The notes below the pieces were generated by a model that saw only the letters and a program-made list of their open reading frames with translations, ran no database searches and was not told the DNA's origin. From Spirochaetota bacterium (GTDB lineage Bacteria; Spirochaetota; UBA6919; CBDBPB01): DNA of 64,000 bases. Within the stretch, counting starts at the first letter, position 1, and each line of letters opens with the position of its first letter. The translations under genes were made by a program, and so were the position numbers. Shown here piece after piece: positions 1-10,376 of this stretch. The DNA lies in contig CBDBPB010000001.1 of assembly GCA_965208615.1 (NCBI GenBank), positions 224,001 through 288,000 on the forward strand. Reading direction: 5' to 3'.

Positions 1-120
1 TAGTACAGTCTCACCTGTTTTAATAAAAGATTTAACTCCGCCGTGAAGGTTAAAAACCTTTTCAGCTATATCTTTAATGCGGTAGTAGCCTTTAGTATAT
101 GTTATTCCAACATTAGTCAT
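1..120 (-). CDS. 5' end of a probable DUF362-domain protein, truncated by the window edge
   Basis: Manual translation MTNVGITYTKGYYRIKDIAEKVFNLHGGVKSFIKTGETVL resembles the GG..fi..G..Vl(lKPN) start of DUF362 proteins; AGGGTG RBS-like sequence upstream. Confidence 0.55.
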   Translation of the reverse strand, partial: MTNVGITYTKGYYRIKDIAEKVFNLHGGVKSFIKTGETVL

Positions 121-186
121 TATCACCCTATGCAATATTTCTTTATATAGCTTTAACTTTTAAACATCGACAAAATTTATTTATAC

Positions 187-215
187 TTGACACCTTTGGC
201 TTTTTACAATATAAT
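187..215 (+). promoter_or_regulatory. Consensus sigma70 promoter for flaA
   Basis: TTGACA(187-192)-17 nt-TATAAT(210-215); AAGGAG RBS upstream of ATG 266. Confidence 0.85.
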
Positions 216-265
216 TTATTATGTAACAATAAAATATTGAAGTACCACCTATAAGGAGCACTATT

Positions 266-1280
266 ATGAAAAAAACTAAGTTATTATTTTTTCTGCTTAT
301 CTTTATAAGCCTAGGGATAAGCAGTTTTTCACAGTCTGATAAGCCTGATCAACCTAAAACTAAAGATACTGGAGAACGTAATAAAGTCTTAATCGACTTC
401 ACACAATATGAACAAAAAAATAGTGAACTTGGTATTTATGCAAAAAAAAAACCCAGATGACTGGGAAAAAAATCCTACCAAATATGTAGTAACACAAAAT
501 GATATGTCCCTGGATAATTGGATAGTTACATTTAACTCATCATCTGATCTTCCAAGTAGTAGGATAATGTCTTATACTAAAAAAGTCCTAACAAAAAAAG
601 GAGAAGTTGTATTAGGCAGTAGAATACATTTTCCAATGCGAGAATCCTACTCTCACGCTACCATAAAGCCGCTTTATGAGATAATGGAATACTCTAGTAA
701 TGGTGGATTGGCTAATATTGGTAATGGTGTTGTTTCAAACGTTGATATAGTAAAAAATGTAGCTGTAGAGGTTAGTGGACGAAACTTTAGAAATAGACTT
801 TTTCTTAGATTAATTGACCAAAATAGGCGGTTTAGGGACTTCTTTATGGGATACCTAAGCTTTGTTGGATGGAGAAAACTTATTTGGAAAAATCCACATT
901 ATATAGCCAATGTAGATAAAAGAGATTTGTTTAGACCAAAACTATATCCACGAGAACTCCCCTATTATAAGTTCTACGCTTTTATTGTATCAAGACCTTA
1001 TCACGGAGTTAAGGGAGACTTTGTAGTCTATTTTAAAAAAGTCACCATGAACTATGATCTATACAACATTTATAAAGATAGTCTTAGTATAGACGATGAA
1101 AAAACATGGGGTATTAAAAAAAGAAGAAATATTATACGTCAAGCTTTCCTAAAAAAGGTAAACTCTAACCTAAGAGAACTTAGACTATACGAAGAAAGAA
1201 AAATGGGTATGAATATAGAACACCCAAATAAACCTAAAACCGATAAACCTAAGACAGATAAAACAGAAGATAAATCTTAA
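266..1280 (+). CDS. flaA: Flagellar filament outer-layer (sheath) protein FlaA, split by a +1 frameshift
   Basis: Signal peptide in ORF 266-460; FlaA motifs (LDNW, VLGSRIHFP, GNGVVSNV, GRNF, MGYLSFVGW.KL.WKNP.Y, GDFVVYFK) in ORF 408-1280; deleting one A from A7 (414-420) or A10 (442-451) fuses the two ORFs. Confidence 0.85.
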
Positions 1281-1292
1281 AAGTAGTTCTAT

Positions 1293-1322
1293 AGTTTAAT
1301 CAGCTAGTTTGCTGGTTAAACT
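1293..1322 (+). terminator. Hairpin downstream of flaA
   Basis: AGTTTAATCAGC-tagttt-GCTGGTTAAACT inverted repeat; U-tract weak. Confidence 0.5.
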
Positions 1323-1489
1323 GTATAGCAACTATTTTATTCTTACCTTTGACAGCCTTAGCAATACTTAATTAACAATATAACTATTCTTTTATAAAAT
1401 GCAGTTACCTGTTTAGCCTTTTTAGCGTTATTATTTTTTGATAAAGCTCTATATTTAATAGTATATTTTAAACTAAAAAGTATTTTTAT

Positions 1490-3274
1490 ATGCAAATAAA
1501 AATTAACCTAAAAACTATACCCAGTCTACCTGGGGTATATATAATGAAAGATCAAAATCAAAAGGTTATTTATGTAGGAAAGGCTAAAAACCTAAAAAAT
1601 CGTGTTTCGTCATACTTTTATAAGAGTGCCAAAGATAATAAAACTCAACTACTCATAAAAGATATTTATAAACTGGACTACATCATAACAAATACTGAGC
1701 TAGAGGCATTAATACTAGAGTGCAATATAATCAAAAAGAAAAAACCAAAGTATAACATTGATCTAAAGGATAATAAAACATATCCCTTTATTAAGATTAC
1801 AACAAATGAATCCTTTCCAAGGGTTTTTAAAACTAGGTATTTCAAAAGAGACGGCAATAAATACTTTGGACCATATCCCAGTATAAGCCTTATACATCAG
1901 CATATAGACCTAATACATAGACTATTCCCAATAAGAACATGTACTCAAGTTCTGCCGAATAAAAAGGACAATAAGCCCTGTCTAAACTACTTTATAGAAA
2001 GGTGTAAAGGGGTATGCTCTGGAGAACTCTCTGTTAAAGAATATCGTAAATATATTGATGAAATAGTATTATTTTTAAGTGGTAAATACTCAAAACTTAT
2101 ATCCAGGCTTACAAAGCAGATGAATAAAGCCGCTAATGAACTTAGATATGAATTAGCTTCTGTAATTAAGCTTCGGATAGAGGCTGTTAGGAGTATTAAT
2201 GAAAGACAAATTGTATACTCCACAAATCCGTGTAATATAGATGTCATTGGCTTTTTTGAGGGTGAAAAAGCTATTAGCTTCTCTATTATGCTTATTAGGG
2301 AGGGAAAGCTCCTTGGAAAGAGGATATTCGTTATTAAAGAAAATAACTTTTTAGAAAGATCAATGCTATTCGAAGAAGTATTAAAAAAATACTATCTCGA
2401 TGATAATGAAATACCTGATGAAATAGTACTACCCATCGATATAGAGGATAAAAATCTATTAGAAAGTTATTTTACTAGGCTAAAAAAGAAAAAGCTTAAA
2501 ATAACCGTTCCAAAAATTGGACTAAAAAAAGAATGGACTTTTCTTGCTTGTCAGAATGCAAAGTTTGGCTTTCTTGAAGAACAAAAAATAACTCAAAAAG
2601 AATTAGCCTTAATAGAGTTGAAAAAAGTCCTTAACTTGCCTTCTGAACCAAGATATATAGAGGGTTTTGATGTTGCTAATACCATGGGTAAGGACTCCGT
2701 TATAGCTATGGTATATTTTAAGGATGGAGTTGCCTATAAAAAGAGCTATCGTCATTTTAAGGTTAAGTCTGTGGATAAGCCTAATGATGTGGCAATGATA
2801 AAAGAGGGTATTGCAAGACGATATCAAAAATTATTAAATAATTCTTCTCCGTTACCAGATTTAATATTAATTGACGGGGGCAAGGGACAAGTTAATGGTA
2901 CTAAAAAGGTATTAGACAGCTTAGGTTTATCTATTACCGTTATAGGCCTGGCTAAAAAAGATGAGGATATTGTATTTCCAAATAAAAAAGACATTTTAAA
3001 GCTGGATAAAACTTCTATAGCTTTAAGGCTACTACAGCAGATTAGGGATGAGGCTCATCGATTCGGAAATGTATTACATAAAAAGCTACGAAAAAAAAGG
3101 ATGTTTAAGTCTTCATTCGATAATATTAGGGGTATTGGTAAAATAAGAAAAGAAGCTCTACTTATGCACTTTAAAACTGTTAGTGATATTAAAAATGCCT
3201 CAGTAGAAGAGTTATGTAAAGTAGATAAAATGGATAAGGTTAGTGCAAAAAGAGTTTTTGATTATTTTAGATGA
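1490..3274 (+). CDS. uvrC: Excinuclease ABC subunit C
   Basis: GIY-YIG (PGVY..IYVGKAKNLKNRVSSYF), RNase H-like IEGFD and PDLILIDGGKGQ, RDEAHRF, C-terminal HhH. Confidence 0.97.
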   Translation: MQIKINLKTIPSLPGVYIMKDQNQKVIYVGKAKNLKNRVSSYFYKSAKDNKTQLLIKDIYKLDYIITNTELEALILECNIIKKKKPKYNIDLKDNKTYPFIKITTNESFPRVFKTRYFKRDGNKYFGPYPSISLIHQHIDLIHRLFPIRTCTQVLPNKKDNKPCLNYFIERCKGVCSGELSVKEYRKYIDEIVLFLSGKYSKLISRLTKQMNKAANELRYELASVIKLRIEAVRSINERQIVYSTNPCNIDVIGFFEGEKAISFSIMLIREGKLLGKRIFVIKENNFLERSMLFEEVLKKYYLDDNEIPDEIVLPIDIEDKNLLESYFTRLKKKKLKITVPKIGLKKEWTFLACQNAKFGFLEEQKITQKELALIELKKVLNLPSEPRYIEGFDVANTMGKDSVIAMVYFKDGVAYKKSYRHFKVKSVDKPNDVAMIKEGIARRYQKLLNNSSPLPDLILIDGGKGQVNGTKKVLDSLGLSITVIGLAKKDEDIVFPNKKDILKLDKTSIALRLLQQIRDEAHRFGNVLHKKLRKKRMFKSSFDNIRGIGKIRKEALLMHFKTVSDIKNASVEELCKVDKMDKVSAKRVFDYFR

Positions 3275-3358
3275 CATCATTTATCAAATTAGCTTTATAC
3301 CGTTGACAATTTATAATTTTAATATATATTACCTATAAAAAGATAAACTGGATATATA

Positions 3359-5206
3359 ATGAGGCAATTAATTGTTGGAATGCCTCCTTCTACTAATAAG
3401 CACAGTAAAGAGCTCATTAGTTTTTTTACAAAATGCTTTAATAAAAATACTTTTACCATAAAGCATATTGAACAAGGTGAAGGAGATAGTCTTTTAAGTA
3501 ATAATAACATAGATATTTTAATTTCTATATACAAAACAGAGATTGAAAGACCGCTAACTGATTTACGATTTCTTTTTACTACTTTACCTAAGGCTGATAG
3601 CTTATTTACAAAGGATAAGTTTGTCATTGTATTTTTAAGAAGTCGTATTGATTTAGTTAAGTTATTCAGTTCATATTTTGGTAAGGTATGGTTTGTTGGT
3701 GCTGGGGCTGGGAATAGGGAGCTTATTACTGTAAAGGGTAAAAACATATTACAGAAGGCTGATGTTGTAATTTCCGACTACTTATTGGATCAGCAAATTT
3801 TAAAGTACTACGTCAATAAAGAGGCTGAACTTATACCTCTAACAAAGTTTGGGGAGCGTATACATAAGAATCAGGTCTCGCAAGAGATGATTAATGAGGC
3901 TATTCTTCGTTATGCTTGTATTTTTAATAAGGTTGTTCGCTTAAAGGGCGGTGATTCTTTTGTTTTTGGTAGAGGGGGTGAGGAATGTGAATATATATTA
4001 CCTTATAACATTTTGTATGAGGTTATTCCTGGTATATCCGCTCATGTTAGTGCATTATGTTATGCTGGCATACCCTTAACCCATAGGGAATATAATGCTG
4101 GGTTTTTGGTTATAACTGGCTTTCGTAAAAAGGGTGAGGATATTGATAAGTCCAATAATGATATTGCAAATAAGATTAATTTTGGCTTAAAAAGCAAGTT
4201 ATTGGTTGCTTTATTTATGTCAATGACCAACTGGAGAAACTTTGCTCATTTAATATATGATCAAGATAGTCCAGCGGCGGTTATTGAGTCTGGTGCCTAT
4301 GCCAATCAGAGGATATTTACTACTACCATAAAAAACGTTAATAATATTATTAGTGCAAAAGGGTTAAAGTCTCCCACTCTAATTGTGTTAGGGGAGAACG
4401 TCAAAACAAGACAGTGGCTTAAGTGGTACGAAAAGCTACCTTTATATGGGGTTAAGGTATTAACTTTTTCATCTGATAAGCTATCTTACGAGCTGAATGA
4501 TGCTCTTAATAGTTTAGGTGTACATTCTATTAGTCATGAGCTTTATGACCTTATCCCTGAAGACTTAAGTCTTGTGGAGTCTTACTTTAGGGCATTATCC
4601 GACTATGACTATCTGATAGTAACCAGCAGGAACGCATTTGATATATTTCTATCCAATTTAAAAGTCTTGAATATTGATATAAGGAGTTTGCCAAAGATTA
4701 TTGTTACTGGGCGTAAAACAGAACAAGAGTTTAGGAAAATAGGTATATATCCAGATGTTATACCTAAGGTATTCTCATCGGATGGTATTATTGATGAACT
4801 CTCTAATATTGATATAACTGGAAAGCGTTTTCTATTACCAATGAGCAGTCTTACTAAGGGTAATATTTCTAAGTATATCCTTAGCCAAAAGGGCATAGTT
4901 CATAGCTTTGTACTATACAAAAACAAGGCTAAACCCATAAACAGCAGTATAGCTAAGGATATTAAAGACTTTAGTCCTAACTTTATTATATTTACGTCAT
5001 CATCTTCGGTTAACTATTTTGTTGAACATATTTATAAGGCTGATATGTCCTTTATAGCCGTATCTATGGGCAGTAAGACAAGCAATACATTAAAAAGCCA
5101 TGGATTTATGGATATATTAGAACCGTCATCCTTTACTATAAACGGTATTATAAGCGTACTAAAAAACCATATCCATAAAAATAAGCTAACAGAAAACCCT
5201 AACTAA
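3359..5206 (+). CDS. cobA: Uroporphyrinogen-III C-methyltransferase / synthase fusion (CobA-HemD) with an extra ~105-aa N-terminal segment
   Basis: VWFVGAGAG..ELITVKG, VVRLKGGD.FVFGRGGEE, IPGIS, GIPLTHR; C-terminal HemD-like (WYEKLPLYG, FTSSSSV). Confidence 0.88.
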   Translation: MRQLIVGMPPSTNKHSKELISFFTKCFNKNTFTIKHIEQGEGDSLLSNNNIDILISIYKTEIERPLTDLRFLFTTLPKADSLFTKDKFVIVFLRSRIDLVKLFSSYFGKVWFVGAGAGNRELITVKGKNILQKADVVISDYLLDQQILKYYVNKEAELIPLTKFGERIHKNQVSQEMINEAILRYACIFNKVVRLKGGDSFVFGRGGEECEYILPYNILYEVIPGISAHVSALCYAGIPLTHREYNAGFLVITGFRKKGEDIDKSNNDIANKINFGLKSKLLVALFMSMTNWRNFAHLIYDQDSPAAVIESGAYANQRIFTTTIKNVNNIISAKGLKSPTLIVLGENVKTRQWLKWYEKLPLYGVKVLTFSSDKLSYELNDALNSLGVHSISHELYDLIPEDLSLVESYFRALSDYDYLIVTSRNAFDIFLSNLKVLNIDIRSLPKIIVTGRKTEQEFRKIGIYPDVIPKVFSSDGIIDELSNIDITGKRFLLPMSSLTKGNISKYILSQKGIVHSFVLYKNKAKPINSSIAKDIKDFSPNFIIFTSSSSVNYFVEHIYKADMSFIAVSMGSKTSNTLKSHGFMDILEPSSFTINGIISVLKNHIHKNKLTENPN

Positions 5207-5245
5207 ACTTATTTATCCAATAGAGCTGTGAGTTAAAGAGTTTTT

Positions 5246-6202
5246 ATGTTTAAGTTTCTGATAAAAAGGTTAAGCCAGTCGATTGTGGTATTATTTATTT
5301 TGTCTATCGTTTGGTTTATGCTACTACAGGCTATGCCCGGTGATGAGCTATCCGAGTATATTATGAAATATAATCCCACAAAAGAAGAGTTAGACAATTA
5401 CAAACGACTAAAGGGATATGATAAACCTCTTTATATTCAATATTTAACTCAGATAAAGAGGATTATAACTGGTGATTTGGGTATATCTGATCGTCATAAA
5501 ATACCTGTGACAGACTTATTAGCTATACGTATTCCTGTAACCTTATCCCTCACTGTGCCTGTATTTCTATTAACCTTGCTAATAGCAATACCCCTTGGAA
5601 TATTCACAGCTGTTTATCAGTATTCCAAGTTCGATTATATTACTAACTTTTTAATATTCATTGGTATATCAGTCCCCACTTTTTGGATAGGTCTTTTATC
5701 CATTTATGCTTTTTCGTTAAAGCTACAGATATTCCCTGCTAGCGGGATTAAGACTATTAACGTATCCTCTATTTTTGATCAGATGAGATATTTTGTATTA
5801 CCTATATTTGTATTATCAATTCATGGGATTGGTAGTTGGGTAAGGTATTTTAGGGGTAGTTTGCTTGAGGTATTACGTTTAGACTACATAAGGACAGCCA
5901 GAGCCAAAGGCCTAAGTGAGGATAGTGTTATATTCAAGCATGGGGTGCGAAATGCACTTATCCCTTTATTAACCCTAGTTGCACTGTCTATACCCTATTT
6001 ATTTAGTGGTGCATTAGTTACCGAAGAAATATTTGGTATACCTGGTATGGGTCAGCTCTTATTGGATGCAATAAAAAATAGAGATAGCAATTTGGCATTA
6101 CCTGCATTTCTTTTTTTATCATTTTTAACTATGACCTTTAACTTTTTGGCGGATATATTATATAGCATAGTAGATCCACGTATTAGAAAGTCAGAAGGTT
6201 AA
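5246..6202 (+). CDS. Peptide/nickel ABC transporter permease (OppB/DppB family)
   Basis: PGD, GDLGIS, PTFWIG, EAA loop DYIRTARAKGL, DPRIR terminus. Confidence 0.92.
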   Translation: MFKFLIKRLSQSIVVLFILSIVWFMLLQAMPGDELSEYIMKYNPTKEELDNYKRLKGYDKPLYIQYLTQIKRIITGDLGISDRHKIPVTDLLAIRIPVTLSLTVPVFLLTLLIAIPLGIFTAVYQYSKFDYITNFLIFIGISVPTFWIGLLSIYAFSLKLQIFPASGIKTINVSSIFDQMRYFVLPIFVLSIHGIGSWVRYFRGSLLEVLRLDYIRTARAKGLSEDSVIFKHGVRNALIPLLTLVALSIPYLFSGALVTEEIFGIPGMGQLLLDAIKNRDSNLALPAFLFLSFLTMTFNFLADILYSIVDPRIRKSEG

Positions 6203-6315
6203 TAGGTTTTTTTAAAATTTATACTATTTTAGGTAGGCAGATTAATAAAAGTTATTATTTATAATAAAAATAAAAGTTCTATTTAGTAAATAAAAACATA
6301 GAATAGGAGGAATTA

Positions 6316-7155
6316 ATGGATCAACAAGAGATGATAGCTGATCTTAAAAGAAAAGGAATTATTATTGGTGTACCAATATTAATTGTGATTGTATTACTTT
6401 TTGCATTTAAGCCTTGGGCTCAGATTGAAGGTGGTGAGGTAGGAGTAGTAAAAAGCTTTGGAGAAGTTCAAGAGAGTGTCTTAGATCAAGGGCTACATTT
6501 TATTATACCTGTAAAAGAAAAAGTTACTATTATGGATGTTAGAGTACAGATATCAGAAACGAGAGCAGATGCATCATCCAAAGACTTACAACAGGTAAAA
6601 TCTACTGTGGCTCTAAACTATCACATTATACCCAGTAAAGCCAATGTTATATTTAAGAATATTGGTAAAGATTTTAAAGAAAGGATAATTGATCCAGCAG
6701 TTCAAGAAGTGGTAAAAGCCGTATCAGCAAGATATACCGCAGAAGAGTTAATAACTAAACGTGCTGAAGTTAGTGATGCCATGAAAAAAGACCTTACAAC
6801 CAGACTTAAAATTAATAATATACAAGTGGATGCCTTTTCTATAGTTAACTTTAGTTTTTCTGATGCCTATCAACAAGAGGTAGAGGCAAAACAAGTTGCT
6901 GAACAAAGAGTAAAGAAGTCTAAGCTTGAACTTGATCGTATAAAAATAGAAAAGGAACAAAAAATAACCAACGCACAAGCAGAAGCAGAGGCGTTAAGGC
7001 TACAAAGACAAAATATAAGTCCAGACCTAATTAAACTACGTCAAATAGAGGCATCTCTAGAGGCTATTAAAAAATGGGATGGTCATCTACCAAGTGTAAC
7101 ATCTGGTGCAGTACCTTTTATAAGCACCGAAAGCTTTAAGGCAAGGAAAAAGTAA
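6316..7155 (+). CDS. SPFH/prohibitin family protein
   Basis: N-terminal TM, GLHFIIP, SKDLQ.V, AEELITKR, EAKQVAEQ coiled coil, KWDGHLP; GGAGG RBS. Confidence 0.92.
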   Translation: MDQQEMIADLKRKGIIIGVPILIVIVLLFAFKPWAQIEGGEVGVVKSFGEVQESVLDQGLHFIIPVKEKVTIMDVRVQISETRADASSKDLQQVKSTVALNYHIIPSKANVIFKNIGKDFKERIIDPAVQEVVKAVSARYTAEELITKRAEVSDAMKKDLTTRLKINNIQVDAFSIVNFSFSDAYQQEVEAKQVAEQRVKKSKLELDRIKIEKEQKITNAQAEAEALRLQRQNISPDLIKLRQIEASLEAIKKWDGHLPSVTSGAVPFISTESFKARKK

Positions 7156-7207
7156 ATATAATATAGATAGAAGCTTAGCTTGTACCCAAAAACAAAGGGC
7201 TAAATAG

Positions 7208-7756
7208 TTGTATCCTTATTTAAAAAGAATGAGAGGACATAAAAATAGTCCGCCAAGAAAGCCAATTAATAAAATAATATGGTCATGGCTTGGTGCGTTT
7301 TTGGGGATATACCTTGTCTCTATCTTAAATAGACTAATACAAATTGATTTTATGGATAGTCTTTTTCTTATAGGCTCATTTGGTGCATCGGCTGTTCTTA
7401 TTTATGGTGCACCTCAAGCTGAACTATCCCAACCACGTAATCTAATTGGTGGACATGTTATATCAGCCATTGTTGGGGTTACTCTTTATAAATATTTATT
7501 GATTGATCCTACAATAGTTAGTGCACTTTCTGTATCTAGTGCTATTGCTTTTATGCACCTAACCAGAACCTTACACCCTCCTGGAGGTGCAACAGCATTA
7601 ATAGCAGTAATTGGTAGTTCTAAGGTACACGAGCTTGGATACTGGTATGTACTCTCACCAGTTTTATTAGGTGCTTTTCTTATGCTTATTGTTGCATTGC
7701 TTGTAAACAATCTATCGGCTAATCCAAAGAGGCATTATCCAACCTACTGGATATAA
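7208..7756 (+). CDS. HPP family membrane protein
   Basis: GSFGASAVL.YG.P...SQPRN..GGH, HPPGGATAL. Confidence 0.93.
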   Translation: MYPYLKRMRGHKNSPPRKPINKIIWSWLGAFLGIYLVSILNRLIQIDFMDSLFLIGSFGASAVLIYGAPQAELSQPRNLIGGHVISAIVGVTLYKYLLIDPTIVSALSVSSAIAFMHLTRTLHPPGGATALIAVIGSSKVHELGYWYVLSPVLLGAFLMLIVALLVNNLSANPKRHYPTYWI

Positions 7757-7855
7757 ATAAACTCCTTTACAGTTATTAAAATTACTAAGAGTGGCTATTT
7801 TAGGGCAATCATTGGGTAATTTATCTAATATTAAAAAAATAACACATTTTTATAA

Positions 7856-10087
7856 CTAATCCACTTTATAAAGTGGAGCGTATTTTAACAGTAAAAGACG
7901 TTTTTTACCGTTAAACTTAAGGAGTACAGTTGACAAATCGCCTTTGTTTGATAGCTCAACTACAACTCCTTTACCAAAGCTTTTGTGAACAAGGGTTTGT
8001 CCTATATCCACCTCATTAATGTTAGTAACTCTATTTGCCTGGTTAGAGTCAACCTTTGTCTTACTATGCTTATCAAGCTTAGCCTTTACCTTGTCAAAAG
8101 TGTTGCTATCACCATCAAGGTGCTGGTCATCGGTGAATATATAACTATCCTTTTCAATATAGTCAGGGTGGACCTCTGATATAAAACGAGATGACTTATA
8201 TAATTTCATTTGTCCAAAGCTATAACGCTGACTCGATGAACTAAGAAAACAACGCTCTTTTGCCCTTGTTATACCCACATAAAAAAGACGTCTTTCTTCC
8301 TCCATCTCCTTATGATTGTCCAAAGCCATATAATGGGGGAATATACCCTCATCCAAACCAGATATAAAAATGTTAGAAAACTCTAATCCCTTAGAATTAT
8401 GGAGGGTCATAAGACTAACATAATTGGCTGACTCATCAAAATCATCAATATCACTTTTTAAAGAAAGCTCCATAAGATAATGATCCAATGTAGGCTCAGG
8501 CTGATCCTGCTCATATTGTAGCATAGAACGCCTAAGCTCATCAATATTATCTAAACGCTCCTCATAGTTCTCATAGTTCTGCTTTAAATAACTGTCATAG
8601 CCTGTCTTATCTAATACATAGTCTAACAAGTCTGGTACACTTTTGTCAGCCTTACCCTGCTTTAACTCGGATATAAGCTTAAAAAAGTCTACTAGCTTAT
8701 CCTTTATAGGATTACGGATCATCTTATTGTCTATACAATATAATGCAGAACCCTCAAAAGATAAACCTAACTCAGATGACATAATATCAATCTTAGTAAT
8801 AGTGGTACTACCTATCCCCCTTTTGGGTACATTAATAATACGCTTTAGAGCAAGACTATCACTCTCATTAGCCAAAATAGTAAGATATGCTAAAGTATCC
8901 TTGATCTCCATTCTGTCGTAAAACTTAACCGCACCAAAAATCTTATAAGGTATGTTAGACTGTAATAAATACTCCTCAAATATCCTCGACTGATAGTTCA
9001 TCCTATAAAAAACAGCAATGTCTTTATAGGTATTAGTACTCTCATATAAACGAACTATATTATTAATAATCCACTCACCCTCAGCCCTGTCATCACCAGC
9101 ACCATAATACTTTATACTATCCCCAGTACCCTTTGATGACCAAAGCTTTTTATCCAGCCTATTTCTATTATGGAGTACCACACTATGTGCCGCATTAAGT
9201 ATTGTATTAGTAGATCGGTAGTTCTGTTCAAGTTTAATGACTTTACAGCCTTTAAAATCCTTTTCAAAGTTTATAATGTTGGATATATCAGCCCCTCTCC
9301 ACGAGTAAATGGACTGATCATCATCACCAACAACAGAGATACATGAACGTCCATTAGCCAATATTTTTATAAGCCTATACTGACAATGATTGGTATCCTG
9401 GAACTCATCCACCATAATATACCTAAAAAGCCCTTGATAATAAGCGGCTCTATCTGGTACTTTTTCAAAAAGAACTATTGTTTTTAGCAATAGATCATCA
9501 AAGTCAAGAGCATTATTTTCAAGAAGTTGTTCTTCATAGTACTTATAAATCTGTCCGATCAGCTTGATAAATAGATTACCCTCTTCCTCACCCCGCCTTA
9601 TAACGTCATGAGGACTCTCAAAAGCATTCTTACTAAAGGATATCTGAGATGATATATTATAAAGATTATCCGTTGGACACTCTAACTTCTTAACTTTAAT
9701 AACATCCTTAATAACCTGCTTACTATCACTGCCGTCGTATATGGTAAAGTTTTTCTTATAACCAATTTTGTCTATCTCACGGCGTAATATTTTAGCACAT
9801 ACAGAGTGGAACGTGTTTACCCACAAAGAGTTAATATGATTAGCAAAGCCATCATCCTTATTAAGATCCAAAAGTTCAATAATCCTTTCTCTCATCTCGC
9901 CAGCCGCCTTATTAGTAAAGGTAACTGCTAATATACTCCATGGTGGATAGCCGTGATCTTTTATTAAATGTGCAATCTTATGAGTAATAACCCTTGTCTT
10001 ACCACTACCCGCACCAGCAAGTATTAAAACAGGTTTATTAACCTCCAAAAGAGCTTTTTCTTGTTGTGTGTTTAATTTGTTTATCAT
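7856..10087 (-). CDS. uvrD: UvrD/PcrA SF1 DNA helicase
   Basis: AGAGSGKT, TFTNKAA.EM, DEFQDTN, VGDDDQSIYSWRGA, LEQNYRST, TLH.SKGLEF, EERRLFYVGITRA, Tudor-like C-terminus. Confidence 0.96.
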   Translation of the reverse strand: MINKLNTQQEKALLEVNKPVLILAGAGSGKTRVITHKIAHLIKDHGYPPWSILAVTFTNKAAGEMRERIIELLDLNKDDGFANHINSLWVNTFHSVCAKILRREIDKIGYKKNFTIYDGSDSKQVIKDVIKVKKLECPTDNLYNISSQISFSKNAFESPHDVIRRGEEEGNLFIKLIGQIYKYYEEQLLENNALDFDDLLLKTIVLFEKVPDRAAYYQGLFRYIMVDEFQDTNHCQYRLIKILANGRSCISVVGDDDQSIYSWRGADISNIINFEKDFKGCKVIKLEQNYRSTNTILNAAHSVVLHNRNRLDKKLWSSKGTGDSIKYYGAGDDRAEGEWIINNIVRLYESTNTYKDIAVFYRMNYQSRIFEEYLLQSNIPYKIFGAVKFYDRMEIKDTLAYLTILANESDSLALKRIINVPKRGIGSTTITKIDIMSSELGLSFEGSALYCIDNKMIRNPIKDKLVDFFKLISELKQGKADKSVPDLLDYVLDKTGYDSYLKQNYENYEERLDNIDELRRSMLQYEQDQPEPTLDHYLMELSLKSDIDDFDESANYVSLMTLHNSKGLEFSNIFISGLDEGIFPHYMALDNHKEMEEERRLFYVGITRAKERCFLSSSSQRYSFGQMKLYKSSRFISEVHPDYIEKDSYIFTDDQHLDGDSNTFDKVKAKLDKHSKTKVDSNQANRVTNINEVDIGQTLVHKSFGKGVVVELSNKGDLSTVLLKFNGKKRLLLLKYAPLYKVD

Positions 10088-10322
10088 AGAGTTTATAATA
10101 GTCTGCCTTTCAATTTTAAAATTACAATATAAGATGTTATACCTAGACTTAATAAGCCAAAATAAAATATATAAAACATAAAGTAAATAATAATACTAGT
10201 AAAAATCAATGAAATTATTAAAAATGATAGGAAAACGCTTAGGTTGACTTATAAGTGTTATAAGCAGATAAAATTATATGTAATTAATAGATATTAACTA
10301 TTTTACAATATAAGGTTGTACT

Positions 10323-10360
10323 AAATAAAGAATCATGACCATTGCCATGATTCTTTATTT
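10323..10360. terminator. Strong hairpin downstream of the LRR gene
   Basis: AAATAAAGAATCATG-accattgc-CATGATTCTTTATTT, perfect 15-bp stem. Confidence 0.75.
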
Positions 10361-10376
10361 TACTTTTAAAACTAAA

